64,000 bases of DNA, taken from contig OZ024762.1 of NCBI GenBank assembly GCA_964016885.1, positions 14,632,001 to 14,696,000 of the forward strand. Reading direction: 5' to 3'. Origin of the DNA: Eledone cirrhosa (taxonomy: Eukaryota). How positions within the stretch are numbered: position 1 is the stretch's first letter; each line of letters starts with the position of its first letter. The position numbers were made by a program, and so were the translations under genes. The notes beneath the pieces are model-generated. The model was given only the letters and a program-made list of their open reading frames with translations, was not told the DNA's origin and did no database searches. Positions 29,737-43,849 of the stretch are shown here, piece after piece.

Positions 29737-29795
<59 letters not shown>
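28823..29795. repeat. Composite tandem repeat: about 30-bp core plus variable (GA)n, 13 copies
   Basis: Core AATTAGGACCAGCAAATATAGTATTTATAT separated by GA runs of differing length. Confidence 0.92.
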
Positions 29796-29797
<2 letters not shown>

Positions 29798-29898
29798 AAG
29801 AAAGAAAGAAAGAAAGTGTGTGTGAAGATTAGGGCACAAATTTGAGATATGGACAAATATTGGGCCTTGAAACCTTAAGTAGCGCCTTTATTCCGTAA

Positions 29899-29929
<31 letters not shown>

Positions 29930-30092
29930 GGAAAAGAGTCAGGACCCCGACGGCTGAGCTCCGGCTGTTTCGACAGTTACATCTAGCTGTCGAAACGGCC
30001 GGAGCTCAGCCGTCGGGGTCTAAACTCTTTTCCCATTACCCACTCTACTACCCTAAGTATCGAGTACTCTGGTGCGTTATGGTCCACCTGGT
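29930..30092. mobile_element. Fold-back repeat family P2 (arms of about 50 bp)
   Basis: GGAAAAGAGT..GACCCCGACGGCTGAGCTCCGGC.GTTTCGACAG / CTGTCGAAACGGCCGGAGCTCAGCCGTCGGGGTC..ACTCTTTTCC; family tail also near 5200, 45500, 62930. Confidence 0.75.
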
Positions 30093-30099
30093 ATATATA

Positions 30100-30173
<74 letters not shown>

Positions 30174-30669
30174 TAGGGCATTGTGTGCAGAGGATATACG
30201 CAGACTAGAGAGGAACGAAGCTTGCATGCTCCGCTGGATGTGCAATAGTAATTAATATACGTGAGCGGCTAAGCATAAACGAACTAAGGAAAACATTAGA
30301 AATAAGAGGGATCAGATGTTGTTTACTCGAGAGAAGGCTACGTTGGTAGGGTCACGTGATGCGCATGAAAGACGACAGCTGTATAACAAAGTGCAGGGCA
30401 ATAAAGATAGACGGTAGCCACGGAGTAGGCAGACCCAGAAAACCTGGGACGACATGATAATTTCCGACCCTCACACGCTTACACCTCTCCAAGACAATGT
30501 CACTGGACCGAGACCTTTGGCGGTACTCAGTAATATAGATAGAGGAAAAGGACCCAGGCCTTACCCCTCACCGGGTAGGCTCAGAGGCCCTCGACCCCAT
30601 CCTAATACAAGTGACCCCTACCTATAAAAAACCTACTACAGTCAGTAGGCATCTCTATCAAAACACACC

Positions 30670-31324
30670 CCCGTCCCACCACCCACACCCCATCCACACC
30701 GCCCCTTTCAATGTAAAGTTATGTTGGTGCCACAACATCCAGGCCGAACAAATGAGATCGTTTAGGTGTCACGACAAAAAAAACACAGTCCACGCTGTAA
30801 ATGTGGCCGTGTAGGGAACACGGTAAAAACCTCCCAGCCTCACACTGTAAATGTGGTTGGTGTTAGGAAGGGCATCCAGCTGTAGAAAAACCCGCCAGAC
30901 AGTCCACGCCTGTAATGTGGCCGTGTAGGCAACACGATAAAACCTCCCAGCCCACACTGTAAATGTGGTTGTGTTAGGAAGGGCATCCAGCTGTAGAAAA
31001 CCCGCCAGACAGTCCACGCTGTAATGTGGCCGGTGTAGGCAACACGATAAAAACCTCCCAGCCCACACTGTAAATGTGGTTGGTGTTAGGAAGGGCATCC
31101 AGCTGTAGAAAACCCGCCAGACAGTCCACGCTGTAATGTGGCCGTGTAGGCAACACGGTAAAAACCTCCCGGCCCCACACTGTAAATGTGGTTGGTGTTA
31201 GGAAGGGCATCCAGCTGTAGAAAACCCGCCAGACAGTCCTATGCGAGCAAGACAACCACTCTTGCCTCAAGTGGGAAAACCCCCGTCCAAACCCATGCAA
31301 GCGTGGAACACGGACGCTAAACCT

Positions 31325-31357
<33 letters not shown>
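30670..31357 (+). mobile_element. SINE-like family C copy with an independent internal tandem amplification (about 113 bp, x4)
   Basis: Four repeats of CAGTCCACGC...CCCGCCAGA; (GAT)n tail. Confidence 0.8.
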
Positions 31358-31358
<1 letters not shown>

Positions 31359-32048
31359 ATATATCACATTGCCTTGCTCTCTCGGAAGTCGGTATGTATA
31401 TGTGGATCTATACATAAAGTATATTCAAGATTAATATATACAAAACTCTGATTAACTCTGACAGGTTTCAGCTAATAATGGCCCAGACCATATCTACCTT
31501 CATAGCACCACTTGGGTTTTTACATTCATGCTTCACAACTCAGTTATGAAATGTTTTAAACACTGTCGGTCCACAACAGTGATACGATTATAATTGCCGC
31601 AGTTGTGTCCATGTGTAAAGGAATTATTCAGGATATCTTGGAGAATATGTCCAGGGAAGTTCTTGAATTTTATGGGACTTTTTCCTGCCTGTATGTAAGT
31701 TATTGGTATGATATTAAATAGACGCAGGGTTAGTTGAGGTGTAATAGCCGTGTCCTAATACTGTTACGAGGTACGGGGTCGATTTTTGTAAGGGGCGAGA
31801 TAGTATGAATAACAAGGCGATTTAAAAATGCTGTAAAAATGCAGCATTTGGAGGAATTTGAAAAGAAGGTTCTTGCCCCGAAATATCATGTTGAAATATA
31901 CTGAGTAAAACATTACTTTGGTTTGTTATATTTGTCACCCTCTGCTCTTTATATATTTCTGCCACATTGTACCAGCTTTCTGAAATTCATCAGTCTTTTA
32001 CTATATATTTCACAATGGTTCCTATTAACTGCTCTTACGTAAATACAC

Positions 32049-32085
<37 letters not shown>

Positions 32086-32150
32086 TCTCAAAGTATATAT
32101 GTTCTTTCTCTCTATGTATACATATCTTTAATTTGAATTATATATATATA

Positions 32151-32284
<134 letters not shown>

Positions 32285-32368
32285 ACATATAGACACGCAC
32301 GTGCATACGTGTCTATAAAGACAGATCACATGGTTGCATGATAGTTTTAACATTACACAATATATATT

Positions 32369-32410
<42 letters not shown>

Positions 32411-32497
32411 CATATATATATATACATACATACCCTCTCCCCAATGACATCTCTATTTGCTATTTATAACTATTATATTGTATGTATATCTATATCT

Positions 32498-32542
<45 letters not shown>

Positions 32543-32627
32543 ATATACAATATATACATATATATATATATACATACAATATAATAGTTATAAATAGCAA
32601 ATAGAGATGTCATTGGGGAGAGGGTAT

Positions 32628-32701
<74 letters not shown>

Positions 32702-32711
32702 CATATATATT

Positions 32712-32755
<44 letters not shown>

Positions 32756-32761
32756 CATATA

Positions 32762-32964
<203 letters not shown>

Positions 32965-32988
32965 ATTATATATATATATATATTTATA

Positions 32989-33026
<38 letters not shown>

Positions 33027-34210
33027 CATACACATATATATGTAGAATTGTTGGAATTTCTAACACTCAGAATATTTTTCATTCATTCATACATTTATTA
33101 TTTGCAAAACCATGTGTATATATGTATATATGTGTGTATGTGTGTAGTCTGTGTGAGTATGTTTATGCATGTGTATTAGTTTATTAGTGTGTGTGTGTGT
33201 GTGGTCTGTGGGAGTATGTTTATGCGTGTGTGAGTGTATGTTTATACATGTATGTGTGTGTGTTTGTGTGTATTTGTTTGTATATGTGGTGTGTGAGTGT
33301 GTGTTTATGCATGTATGTGTGGTTTGTGTGTGTATTTGTGTGTATATGTGGTGTGTGAGTGTATGTTTATGCATGTATATGTGTGGTGGGTGTGTGTATT
33401 TGTGTGTATATGTGGTGTATGAGTGTGTGTTTATGCATGTATATGTGTTGTGTGTGTGTGTGTGTGTGGTCTGTGGGAGAGTATGGTTATGCATGTGTAT
33501 TAGTGTGTGTGTATATGTATGTGTTGATGGCTACACATTTATTACATCGCGACATTAAGTGTGTGTGTGTGTGTGTGTGTTTGTGTGTGTGTGTTTGTGT
33601 GTGTGTATGTGTGTGTTAGTGTGTGTATGAGTGGGTGTATAAGTGTGTGTGGGGGATGTGTGCGTCGGAGGTATTTGGTTGCAGGATGGAGAGAATGAGG
33701 GGCTGAGTAGAAGCCCCACAATGGATGGGGTAGTTAGGAGGGTGTGAGATAGATAGGAGGTGGTGGTGGGGTAGTTAGGTGGGTAGGAAAGAAGGGGGTG
33801 GCGGTGGAGGGTCTATATAGGAAGGGGGTGGTGGGTTAGGTGTGTGTAATCTATATGGATGTAGTATCTATAAGGATGTGGGTAGGAAAGAAGGGGATGG
33901 TGGCGGGGGTTTTATAGGAAGGGGGTGTAGATAGATATGGGGGCGGTATGTAGGTGGTGGAGGGGTAGGAAAGAAGGAGGTGGTGGGGTAGATAGGTGGG
34001 TAGGAAAGAAGGGGGTGATGGTGGGGGGTCTAGATAGGTGGTGGTGGGGTAGATAGGTGGGTAGGAAAGAAGAGGGTGGTGGTGGGGGGTCTAGATAGGA
34101 AAGGGTGGTGGTGGCGGAGGTTCCAGCGGGTAAATGAATGAATGGATGAATGGAAATATTTTTATCATTGAATCAACTGGAACAACTCAACGTCGAAACC
34201 TACGGAGGAC

Positions 34211-34535
34211 CAACACACACTAATACAATCAGGCCAACACACACACACACTAATACAATCAGCCCAACACACACACACACACACACTAATACAATCAGCC
34301 CAACACACACACACATACACTAATACAATCAGTCCAACACACACATACACACACTAATACAATCAGCCCAACACACACATACTAATACAATCAGTCCAAC
34401 ACACACATACATACACACACTAATACAATCAACCCAACACACATACACACACTAATAATCAGTCCAACACACACACTAATACAATCAGCCCAACACACAC
34501 ACACACACACACACTAATACAATCAGTCCAACTGA
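34211..34535. repeat. Minisatellite CTAATACAATCAG.CCAA(CA)n, about 10 copies
   Basis: Visible tandem units. Confidence 0.85.
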
Positions 34536-34585
34536 CACACAAACGCCAACTTAATACCATCACCACACGCACACACACACACACA

Positions 34586-36666
34586 CAGACACTCTCAAAA
34601 CCCGGGTACACTAAATGTGGGCATCACAACACAACACACAGACACTCTGAAAACCCGGGTACACTAAATGTGGCCATCACAACACAACACAGAGACACTC
34701 TGAAAACCCGGGTACACTAAACGTGGCCATCACAACACAACACAGAGACACTCTGAAAACCCGGAACACTAAACGTGGCCATCACAACACAACACAGACA
34801 CTCTGAAAACCCGGGTACACTAAATGTGGCCATCGCAACACAACACAGAGACACTCTGAAAACCCGGGTACACTAAATGTGGCCATCACAACACAACACA
34901 GACACTCTGAAAACCCGGGTACACTAAATGTGGCCATCACAACACAACACAGAGACACTCTGAAAACCCGGGTACACTAAACGTGGCCATCACAACACAA
35001 CACAGACACTCTGAAAACCCGGGTACACTAAATGTGGCCATCACAACACACACAGACACTCTGAAAACCCGGGTACACTAAATGTGGGCATCACAACACA
35101 ACACTGACACTCTGAAAACCCGGGTACACTAAATGTGGCCATCACAACACACACAGACACTCTGAAAACCCGGGTATACTAAATGTGGCCATCACAACAC
35201 AACACACAGACACTCTGAAAACCCGGGTACACTAAATGTGGCCATCACAACACAACACAGAGACACTCTGAAAACCCGGGTACACTAAATGTGGCCATCA
35301 CAACACAACACAGAGACTCTGAAAACCCGGGTACACTAAATGTGGCCATCACAACACAACACAGACACTCTGAAAACCTGGGTACACTAAATGTGGCCAT
35401 CACAACACAACACAGACACTCTGAAAACCCGGGTACATTAAATGTGGCCATCACAACACAACACAGACACTCTGAAAACCCGGGTACACTAAATGTGGCC
35501 ATCACAACACAACAGACACTCTGAAAACCCGGGTACACTAAATGTGGCCCATCACAACACAGCACAGACACTCTGAAAACCCGGGTACACTAAATGTGGC
35601 CATCACAACACACACAGACACTCTGAAAACCCGGGTACACTAAATGTGGGCATCACAACACACACAGACACTCTGAAAACCCGGGTACACTAAATGTGGC
35701 CATCACAACACAACAGACACTCTGAAAACCCGGGTACACTAAATGTGGCCATCACAACACACACAGACACTCTGAAAACCCGGGTACACTAAATGTGGCC
35801 ATCACAACACACACAGAGACACTCTGAAAACCTGGGTACACTAAATGTGGGCATCACAACACAGACACTCTGAAAACCCGGGTACACTAAATGTGGCCAT
35901 CACAACACAACAGACACTCTGAAAACCCGGGTACACTAAATGTGGTCATCACAACACAGCACAGACACTCTGAAAACCCGGGTACACTAAATGTGGCCAT
36001 CACAACACACACAGACACTCTGAAAACCCGGGTACACTAAATGTGGGCATCACAACACACACAGACACTCTGAAAACCCGGGTACACTAAATGTGGCCAT
36101 CACAACACACACAGACACTCTGAAAACCCGGGTACACTAAATGTGGCCATCACAACACACACAGACACTCTGAAAACCCGGGTACACTAAATGTGGCCAT
36201 CACAACACACACAGAGACACTCTGAAAACCTGGGTACACTAAATGTGGCCATCACAACACAACACAGACACTCTGAAAAGCCGGGTACACTAAATGTGGC
36301 CATCAAAACACAGCACAGACACTCTGAAAACCCGGGTACACTAAATGTGGCCATCACAACACACACAGACACTCTGAAAACCCGGGTACACTAAATGTGG
36401 CCATCACAACACACACAGAGACACTCTGAAAACCTGGGTACACTAAATGTGGGCATCACAACACAACAGACACTCTGAAAACCCGGGTACATTAAATGTG
36501 GCCATCACAACACACACACAGCCACTCTGAAAACCCGGGTACACTAAATGTGGGCATCACAACACAACACAGACACTCTGAAAACCCGGGTACATTAAAT
36601 GTGGCCATCACAACACAACAGACACTCTGAAAACCCGGGTACACTAAATGTGGCCATCACAACACA
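34586..36666. repeat. Minisatellite with 53-59-bp unit, about 37 copies
   Basis: Unit CAGACACTCTGAAAACCCGGGTACACTAAATGTGGCCATCACAACAC(A). Confidence 0.95.
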
Positions 36667-37394
36667 AGAATCTGTGGGTAGCAGAGTTGCTTTTTTTTTT
36701 GTTCTTCACTCTCGGATAAATGGATCGAATGTGTGGATGTATATGTATGAGTATGCGTGTGTGTGTATGAATACGTGTGTATGTATGTGCGAGTGTGTGT
36801 ATGTATGTGTGAGTATGTTTGTATGTATGTGTGTGTGTGTGTATGTCTGACTAAATTAGCTTTTGTTAATTGTCTATTTAATTAGTGGTTTGTTTACCCG
36901 TCACTGAGTGGAGATGGTGGTGTTGGTGGTAGTGCTGGTGTTGGTGGTGGTGTTGGTGGTAGTGCTGGAGATAGTGGAGATGGTGGTCGTGAGGGTGGAG
37001 ATAGTGGTGGGTGGTGATGGTAGAGATAGATGAAGTGGTGCTGATGAGGTTGGAGATAGTGGTAGTGGTGAGTGTGGAGATGGTGGTGGTGGTGAGTGTG
37101 GAGGTGGTGGTGAGGGTGGAGGTGAGGGTGAGGGTGGAGATGGTGAGGGTGGAGATAGTGGTAGTGGTGAGTGTGGAGATGGTGGTGATGGTGTTGGTGG
37201 AGATGGTGGTGGTGAGGGTGGAGGTGGTGGTGAGGATGGTGTTGGTGCTGGTGGAGATGGTGGTGGTGGTGAGGGTGGAGATGGTGGCGGTGAGGGTGGA
37301 GATGGTGGTGGTGGTGGTGAGGGTGTTGGTGATGGTGAGGGTGTTGGTGATGGTGAGGGTGTTGGTGAGGGTGGAGATATTGTGGAGTCTAACT

Positions 37395-37812
37395 GATGGA
37401 TACACGTGCCTGTGGAGAATGCTAAGACACTTACACTATGATACATAGTGGAGTGTAACAGAGAGATGTGTCATACGTCTCCTTATGGATACACGTGGCT
37501 GTGGAGAATGCTCAGACACTTGCACAGTAATACATAGTGGAGTGTAACAGAGACGTGTGTCACACACTTCCTGATGGTACACGTAGCTGTGGAGAATGCG
37601 CGGACACTTACACTATGATACATAGTGGAGTGTAACAGAGAGACGTGTCACGCGTTTCCTGATGGATACACGTGGCTGTGGATAATACGCGGACACTTGC
37701 ACAGTAATATATTGTGGAGTGTAACAGAGCAAGTATCACACGTTTCCTGATGGGTACACGTGTCTGTGGAGAATGCTAAGACACCGGCACTATAATCCAT
37801 TGTGGAGTGTGA
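37395..37812. repeat. Diverged tandem repeat, about 88-bp unit, 5 copies
   Basis: GATGGATACACGTG.CTGTGGAGAATGC...GTGGAGTGTAACAGAG. Confidence 0.85.
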
Positions 37813-37980
37813 CTGATGTTCAAAGAGCCGGGCGTACCACACACCACAACACCACATCCGGAGAATTACGTTAAGGGATGGGGGGTACACGTGCTAGTGC
37901 AAATAAATACCCAGTAATTTTAACACGCTTGATTAATTTTTCTACAATCAGGCCTAAGTTCAGAAATCATCTAGCAACAG

Positions 37981-38590
37981 GAACACTCCTCGTGGTACAC
38001 CGACGGAGATCCACTCCGCACGCGCGCCCTTGTGTGTGTGTCTGTGTGTGTTTGTAGGTCTGTGTGTGTGTGTAGATGTAGGTTTGTGTGTGTTGGTGTA
38101 GATAGGCGTGTGTGTAGAACACTCCTCGTGGTACACCGACGGAGATCCACTCCGCACGCGCGCCCTTGTGTGTGTGTCTGTCTGTGTGTGTTTGTAGGTC
38201 TCTGTGTGTGTGTAGATGTAGGTTTGTGTGTGTTGGTGTAGATAGGCGTGTGTGTAGAACACTCCTCGTGGTACACCGACGGAGATCCACTCCGCACGCG
38301 CGCCCTTGTGTGTGTGTGTGTCTGTGTGTGTTTGTAGGTCTCTGTGTGTGTGTAGATGTAGGTTTGTGTGTGTTGGTGTAGATAGGCGTGTGTGTAGAAC
38401 ACTCCTCGTGGTATACCGACGGAGATCCACTCCGCACGCGCGCCCTTGTGTGTGTGTCTGTCTGTGTGTGTTTGTAGGTCTGTGTGTGTGTAGATGTAGG
38501 TTTGTGTGTGTTGGTGTAGATAGGCGTGTGTGTAGAACACTCCTCGTGGTATACCGACGGAGATCCACTCCGCACGCGCGCCCTTGTGTG
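37981..38590. repeat. Tandem repeat, about 139-bp unit, 5 copies, CpG-rich core
   Basis: Core GAACACTCCTCGTGGTA.ACCGACGGAGATCCACTCCGCACGCGCGCCCTT. Confidence 0.92.
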
Positions 38591-39065
38591 TGTGTAGGTC
38601 TGTGTGTGAGTGTGTGTATGTATGTGGATGTAGGTGTGCGTCTGTGTGCTAAGTGTGTGTATCTATATAGATGTAGGGTTGTATGTGTGTGTGTGTGTGT
38701 CTGTGAGTGCGTGTGTGTGCGATGAGTGTATGTGTGGTTGTAAATGAGGGTGTGTGTGTTGGTGCATAGGTCTGTGTGTGTGTGTGCGATGAGTGTATGT
38801 GTGGTTGTAAAAGAGTGTGTGTATGTGTGTTGGTGCATAGGTCTGTGTGTGTGTGTGTGGTTGTAAAAGAGTGTGTGTATGTGTTGGTGCATAGGTCTGT
38901 GTGTGTGTGTGTGGTTGTAAAAGAGTGTGTGTATGTGTTGGTGCATAGGTCTGTGTGTGTGTTGGTGCATAGGTCTGTGTGTGTGTGTGTGCAATGAATG
39001 TGTGTGTGGTTGTAAAAGAGTGTGTGTGGTTGTAAAAGAGAGTGTGTATATGTGTTGGTGCATAG

Positions 39066-39143
<78 letters not shown>

Positions 39144-39175
39144 TTGTAAAAGAGTGTGTGTATATGTGTGTATTG

Positions 39176-39652
39176 GTGCACGCCAGTGCAGTATTCGATG
39201 AATGTAACCCTATTAACATCGATCCAAACACCCGACCCCACCCAACACCCGAGCCCCTAAATTCTTTTCGCCAGGCATCAGCTGATTTCTGGCACCTTAC
39301 AAACCCTGTCTGTACGGCTGACTGTCTGCAGGGTACATTGGGTTCTTTTTGCCTTCCGCAATGCCCCCCCCCCCTCCCTCTACCCCCTTCTTCAATGTCC
39401 TTCTCCCCCTGCCCCACCGGCTTCTCCAATGTCCTCTTCCTTCTCCCCCTCCTTTATTAATGTTCACCTCCCCCCCCCCCCCACACTCCCCTTCTTCAAT
39501 GTCCTCTTCCTTCTCCCACCCCTCTCTCCGTTAATGTTCACATCAGCCCCCTCCTCCTCTGTCGCCCCACACTCCCCCTTCTTCAATGTCCTCTCCCCCG
39601 CTCCCTCTTGTTCTTCTAGCAGCCTCGTCATGCATGGTATGCATGATATGTG
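39176..39652 (-). promoter_or_regulatory. Putative promoter/regulatory module, paralogue L
   Basis: Four colinear blocks homologous to 46528-46856 in inverted orientation. Confidence 0.55.
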
Positions 39653-39713
39653 CATAATGTTCACTCGACTATGTCTGGTGGTGGTGGGGGAGGAGATAGT
39701 GAGAAAGTACACC

Positions 39714-39755
<42 letters not shown>

Positions 39756-39895
39756 GTGTGTGTGTGTGTGTGTGTTTATATATGTGTACGTACAGATACG
39801 CATCTGCAAATACAAGTGCATATTTATAATTTTAGAGACGCATGCGCGTGCAACCACATGTGCATACATACATATATATATGCACACGTGTGTGC

Positions 39896-39938
<43 letters not shown>

Positions 39939-39988
39939 TGTGTGTGTGTATATATATATACACACACACACAGACACACACAAATACA

Positions 39989-40159
39989 CAGTGAAATTCC
40001 GTTATGTCGAAATTCACCGGGTATAAAAAAAATCCGTTGTAACGAAAAATTCTTTATAACAAGATTGAGCTAACACATCAAGCGTGTTGCCAGAGATTGA
40101 CAAAAATTTCGTTATACTGAAAATTTAGTTATAATGGTATTGGTTGTAACGGAATTTTA

Positions 40160-40162
<3 letters not shown>
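39989..40162. mobile_element. pogo/Tigger-like MITE
   Basis: TIRs CAGTGAAATTCCGTTA / TAACGGAATTTTAC with internal CGTT.TAAC subrepeats. Confidence 0.6.
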
Positions 40163-40206
<44 letters not shown>

Positions 40207-40474
40207 TCTACCTGGAATTGCGACCGATAGATAGTATTAGCAATTGGAAAGACCGACGGAAACATTGTTTCCTCGGTCCGATTTGACGAAAGTCGATCGT
40301 TCCTATATATATATATAAATGAAAGGTATAGAAAATATTTTAGCAAGAAGCCAACAGTATTCCATAATATATAAGTGACTATAGCGTCAAGAAAGGGAAA
40401 AATAGTTAACGTAAGATGTGGGAAAAGTAATTCAAACTCAACTCAAAAAGAATCAGGATATAGATTCATCCAAC

Positions 40475-40559
<85 letters not shown>

Positions 40560-40755
40560 ATCACTATTTAACGTCCATTTTTCTATGGGTCCGCGGCGAG
40601 AGACAAGTCTGGCCAAGTTTGGCCATGCTGTATCTTGCTCTGACGGGACTGAAAATTTGGCCGGGGTTTATTCCGTAAATTTTCCAAGGCGGCGATTATG
40701 GGTGGAAGGGAGCGGACAAAGGGACTCACTATTTCGCCTTAATAAAATGGATAAA

Positions 40756-40843
<88 letters not shown>

Positions 40844-40992
40844 TATATTTATTTTTATTTTAAATATTTGTATTTTAATTTTTTTACCCTCTTTTTAATT
40901 TTTTTCCTTCCCTTTAACCCCCCCCCCGCCATTTAATGTCTTTCCACCACTCCCCTCACACCCTCGGACCTCTTTTCCTTACCACCTTTCTC

Positions 40993-41020
40993 CTGATGAA
41001 GGGCTTATGCCCGAAACGTC
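40993..41020 (+). ncRNA. Penelope-type minimal hammerhead core (stem I not evident)
   Basis: CTGATGA-A-GGGC-TTAT-GCCC-GAAAC-GTC. Confidence 0.55.
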
Positions 41021-41235
41021 GTCCCCCAGCCCCACTCTCAAGCGTGAACCTAATACTAGCACTTTGTACTGCACCCTTCGTTTTGTGTTTTAATATATAA
41101 ATTATATATATAAATTATTAAAAAAATAATGAATAAACAAAGAAACAGTTCCTTATATTAAAAAAAAATTCATTATTTTACGATCGTTTCTAGGATATAT
41201 ATGTGTTAGAGTCGTAAACTTTTGGTAGATTTATC

Positions 41236-41307
<72 letters not shown>

Positions 41308-41540
41308 GGCACATGGTGAGAGCATTGGGCTTGCAATCGAAAGGTTGTGAGTTCAATTCTCGGACGGGGTGATGTGTTGTTTCCTTGAGCAAGACACTTT
41401 ATATCACGTTGCTCCAGTTTACTCAGCTGAAGAAATGAGATGATAGGACTAGGGTCTCTATCATTAAATCACCCAAGACATACCTTGGAGGAGGCCAGCT
41501 AAACCTGCATAGGTGTGAGTTGTCACACACACACACACGC

Positions 41541-41643
<103 letters not shown>

Positions 41644-42147
41644 CAGAGAGAGAGAGAGAGAGATGTGTGTATGTAAATAATTTGATTAAAATCTACACGT
41701 CCGATAAGGAGATCGATATTAGAGTCAAGTCTTACCATATTGATTATGACCTAAAGGTGATCTTCTGCGAAACATGTGTTACATTCGATTATAAATATAA
41801 ATAAAACCAACACCTTCGTTTCAATGTAACTTGGACCTCCTCAGATGCCACGTATAATGGTATACAAATACCCCCTCTCCCACCTTCCATTGGAAACAAT
41901 CTCCCCGTTTATGTAGCGGCACTGAGTGCTTAGATTTGGTGCCACGTTCAGTAATTAATACCCCCCCCCCAACACATACACTATGTCGAAGTCCATCTCA
42001 ACGGCCGATGACCGTGGAGTTCTGTGCCCTTCGTTTATATTTATGTTTTTTTAAGGTCTCCCCTTAAAAAATTGTTTTTCATTTTGTTTCCTTTCGTTGC
42101 TTTATCCTTAATTTTCTTAAGGTTTCTGTGTGTGTGTGTGCGCGCGC

Positions 42148-42229
<82 letters not shown>

Positions 42230-42232
<3 letters not shown>

Positions 42233-42447
42233 GGCGCGTGTCTGTGAAGTAGTGGTTAGAGAATTGGATTAGTAATCGTGAGGTTGTGAGTTCGATTCCC
42301 GGACCGGGCGATGCGTTATGTCCTTGAGCAAGACATTTTATTTCACGTTGCTCCCTCTACCTGGAGTTGCGACCGATAGATAGTATTAGCAATTGGAAAG
42401 ACCAATGGAAACACTGTTTCCTCGGTCCGATTTGACGAAAGTCGATC
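42230..42447 (+). mobile_element. SINE family B full copy
   Basis: Matches 20751-20963 end to end; partial copies at 40207 and 41305. Confidence 0.85.
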
Positions 42448-42484
42448 GACTCTCAATATTTATATATATACAGAGAGAGAGAGT

Positions 42485-43032
42485 GAGAGTGAGTGAGTGA
42501 GTGAGTGAGTGAGTGAGTGAGTGAGTGAGTGAGTGAGTGAGTGAGTGAGTGAGTGAGTGAGTGAGTGAGTGAGTGAGTGAGTGAGTGAGTGAGTGAGTGA
42601 GTGAGTGAGTGAGTGAGTGAGTGAGTGAGTGAGTGAGTGAGTGAGTGAGTGAGTGAGTGAGTGAGTGAGTGAGTGAGTGAGTGAGTGAGTGAGTGAGTGA
42701 GTGAGTGAGTGAGTGAGTGAGTGAGTGAGTGAGTGAGTGAGTGAGTGAGTGAGTGAGTGAGTGAGTGAGTGAGTGAGTGAGTGAGTGAGTGAGTGAGTGA
42801 GTGAGTGAGTGAGTGAGTGAGTGAGTGAGTGAGTGAGTGAGTGAGTGAGTGAGTGAGTGAGTGAGTGAGTGAGTGAGTGAGTGAGTGAGTGAGTGAGTGA
42901 GTGAGTGAGTGAGTGAGTGAGTGAGTGAGTGAGTGAGTGAGTGAGTGAGTGAGTGAGTGAGTGAGTGAGTGAGTGAGTGAGTGAGTGAGTGAGTGAGTGA
43001 GTGAGTGAGTGAGTGAGTGAGTGAGTGAGTGA

Positions 43033-43128
<96 letters not shown>
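42485..43128. repeat. About 550 bp of perfect (GAGT)n followed by (GT)n
   Basis: Direct. Confidence 0.97.
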
Positions 43129-43130
<2 letters not shown>

Positions 43131-43273
43131 AAAGAAACTTTCAGGAAAGCCACACAGATGGTCTTCAAATAAGGCCTCCCCAATCTGTGTGTGTAACTTC
43201 TTTTACTGTGGCTGGGCCTCATCCTGGCTCCTCTTCTGCCGACATTTTTTACCTACTATATATATATATATAT

Positions 43274-43716
43274 ACATGGTGGCTGCCAACTCGTTTTCGA
43301 GTACGGCCACTACTTTATATCCATGTAGGAGAACCCCTTCCGATGCGCTGAACAAGTGTGACTTTTTAGTCCAGCCAGCGACGTGAAAACTCTGGTACAA
43401 ACACTACACTTGTGACAATTATTGACACAGTGCTGGGCCCATGGTACCATGTGACGACAAGTGCAGAGAGATCTCCAGATATAAAGCAATGCCTGTGCCG
43501 TGAAGCTTTTATAGTGAGCAAGGGCACTGCACAAAGCCAGTCCCACTCTCTTAACCAAGATGATATTTACCAAAAAGAAGAACAAGTCAACATCATTGGA
43601 TACCATCAGGGTTGCAGGTGTTATACCAATCAGAGTTTTTCCTTCTCCTAGAATTCTGCCTTGACAAAGGCTAAGGGGTCATCTCTCCCGGTGATTTTGG
43701 ATGGCCATTGACTCTT
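43274..43716 (-). mobile_element. Internally deleted RTE-derived non-autonomous element, copy 1
   Basis: 3' part encodes a C2H2-like [22 protein letters not shown]; joined to an RTE-5'UTR-like CTAGGAGAAGGAAAACTCTG; second copy at 57638. Confidence 0.62.
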
Positions 43717-43772
43717 AAGACCTCCTTATATATATATATATATATATGAGAGAGATAGATAGATAGATAGAT

Positions 43773-43849
<77 letters not shown>

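Noticed and set aside
28823-29795. CRISPR-like look (constant 30-bp repeat with variable spacers)
   Set aside because: The spacers are only (GA)n, the context is eukaryotic and there are no cas genes.
31400-32040. Possible coding exon or retroelement ORF
   Set aside because: No recognisable motif in the frame I translated and no ORF of 60 aa or more in the track; left unclassified.
37889-37905. Minus-strand TTTGCACTAGCAC resembles miR-96
   Set aside because: One G of the seed is missing, the remainder diverges and no complementary arm was seen.
37960-39429. 489-aa minus-strand ORF with repeated GRACGVDLRRYTTRS
   Set aside because: Runs through (CA)n-rich tandem repeats whose units shift frame; no homology recognised.
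43340-43420. Host C2H2 zinc-finger gene
   Set aside because: A single finger inside a twice-repeated retroelement fragment.
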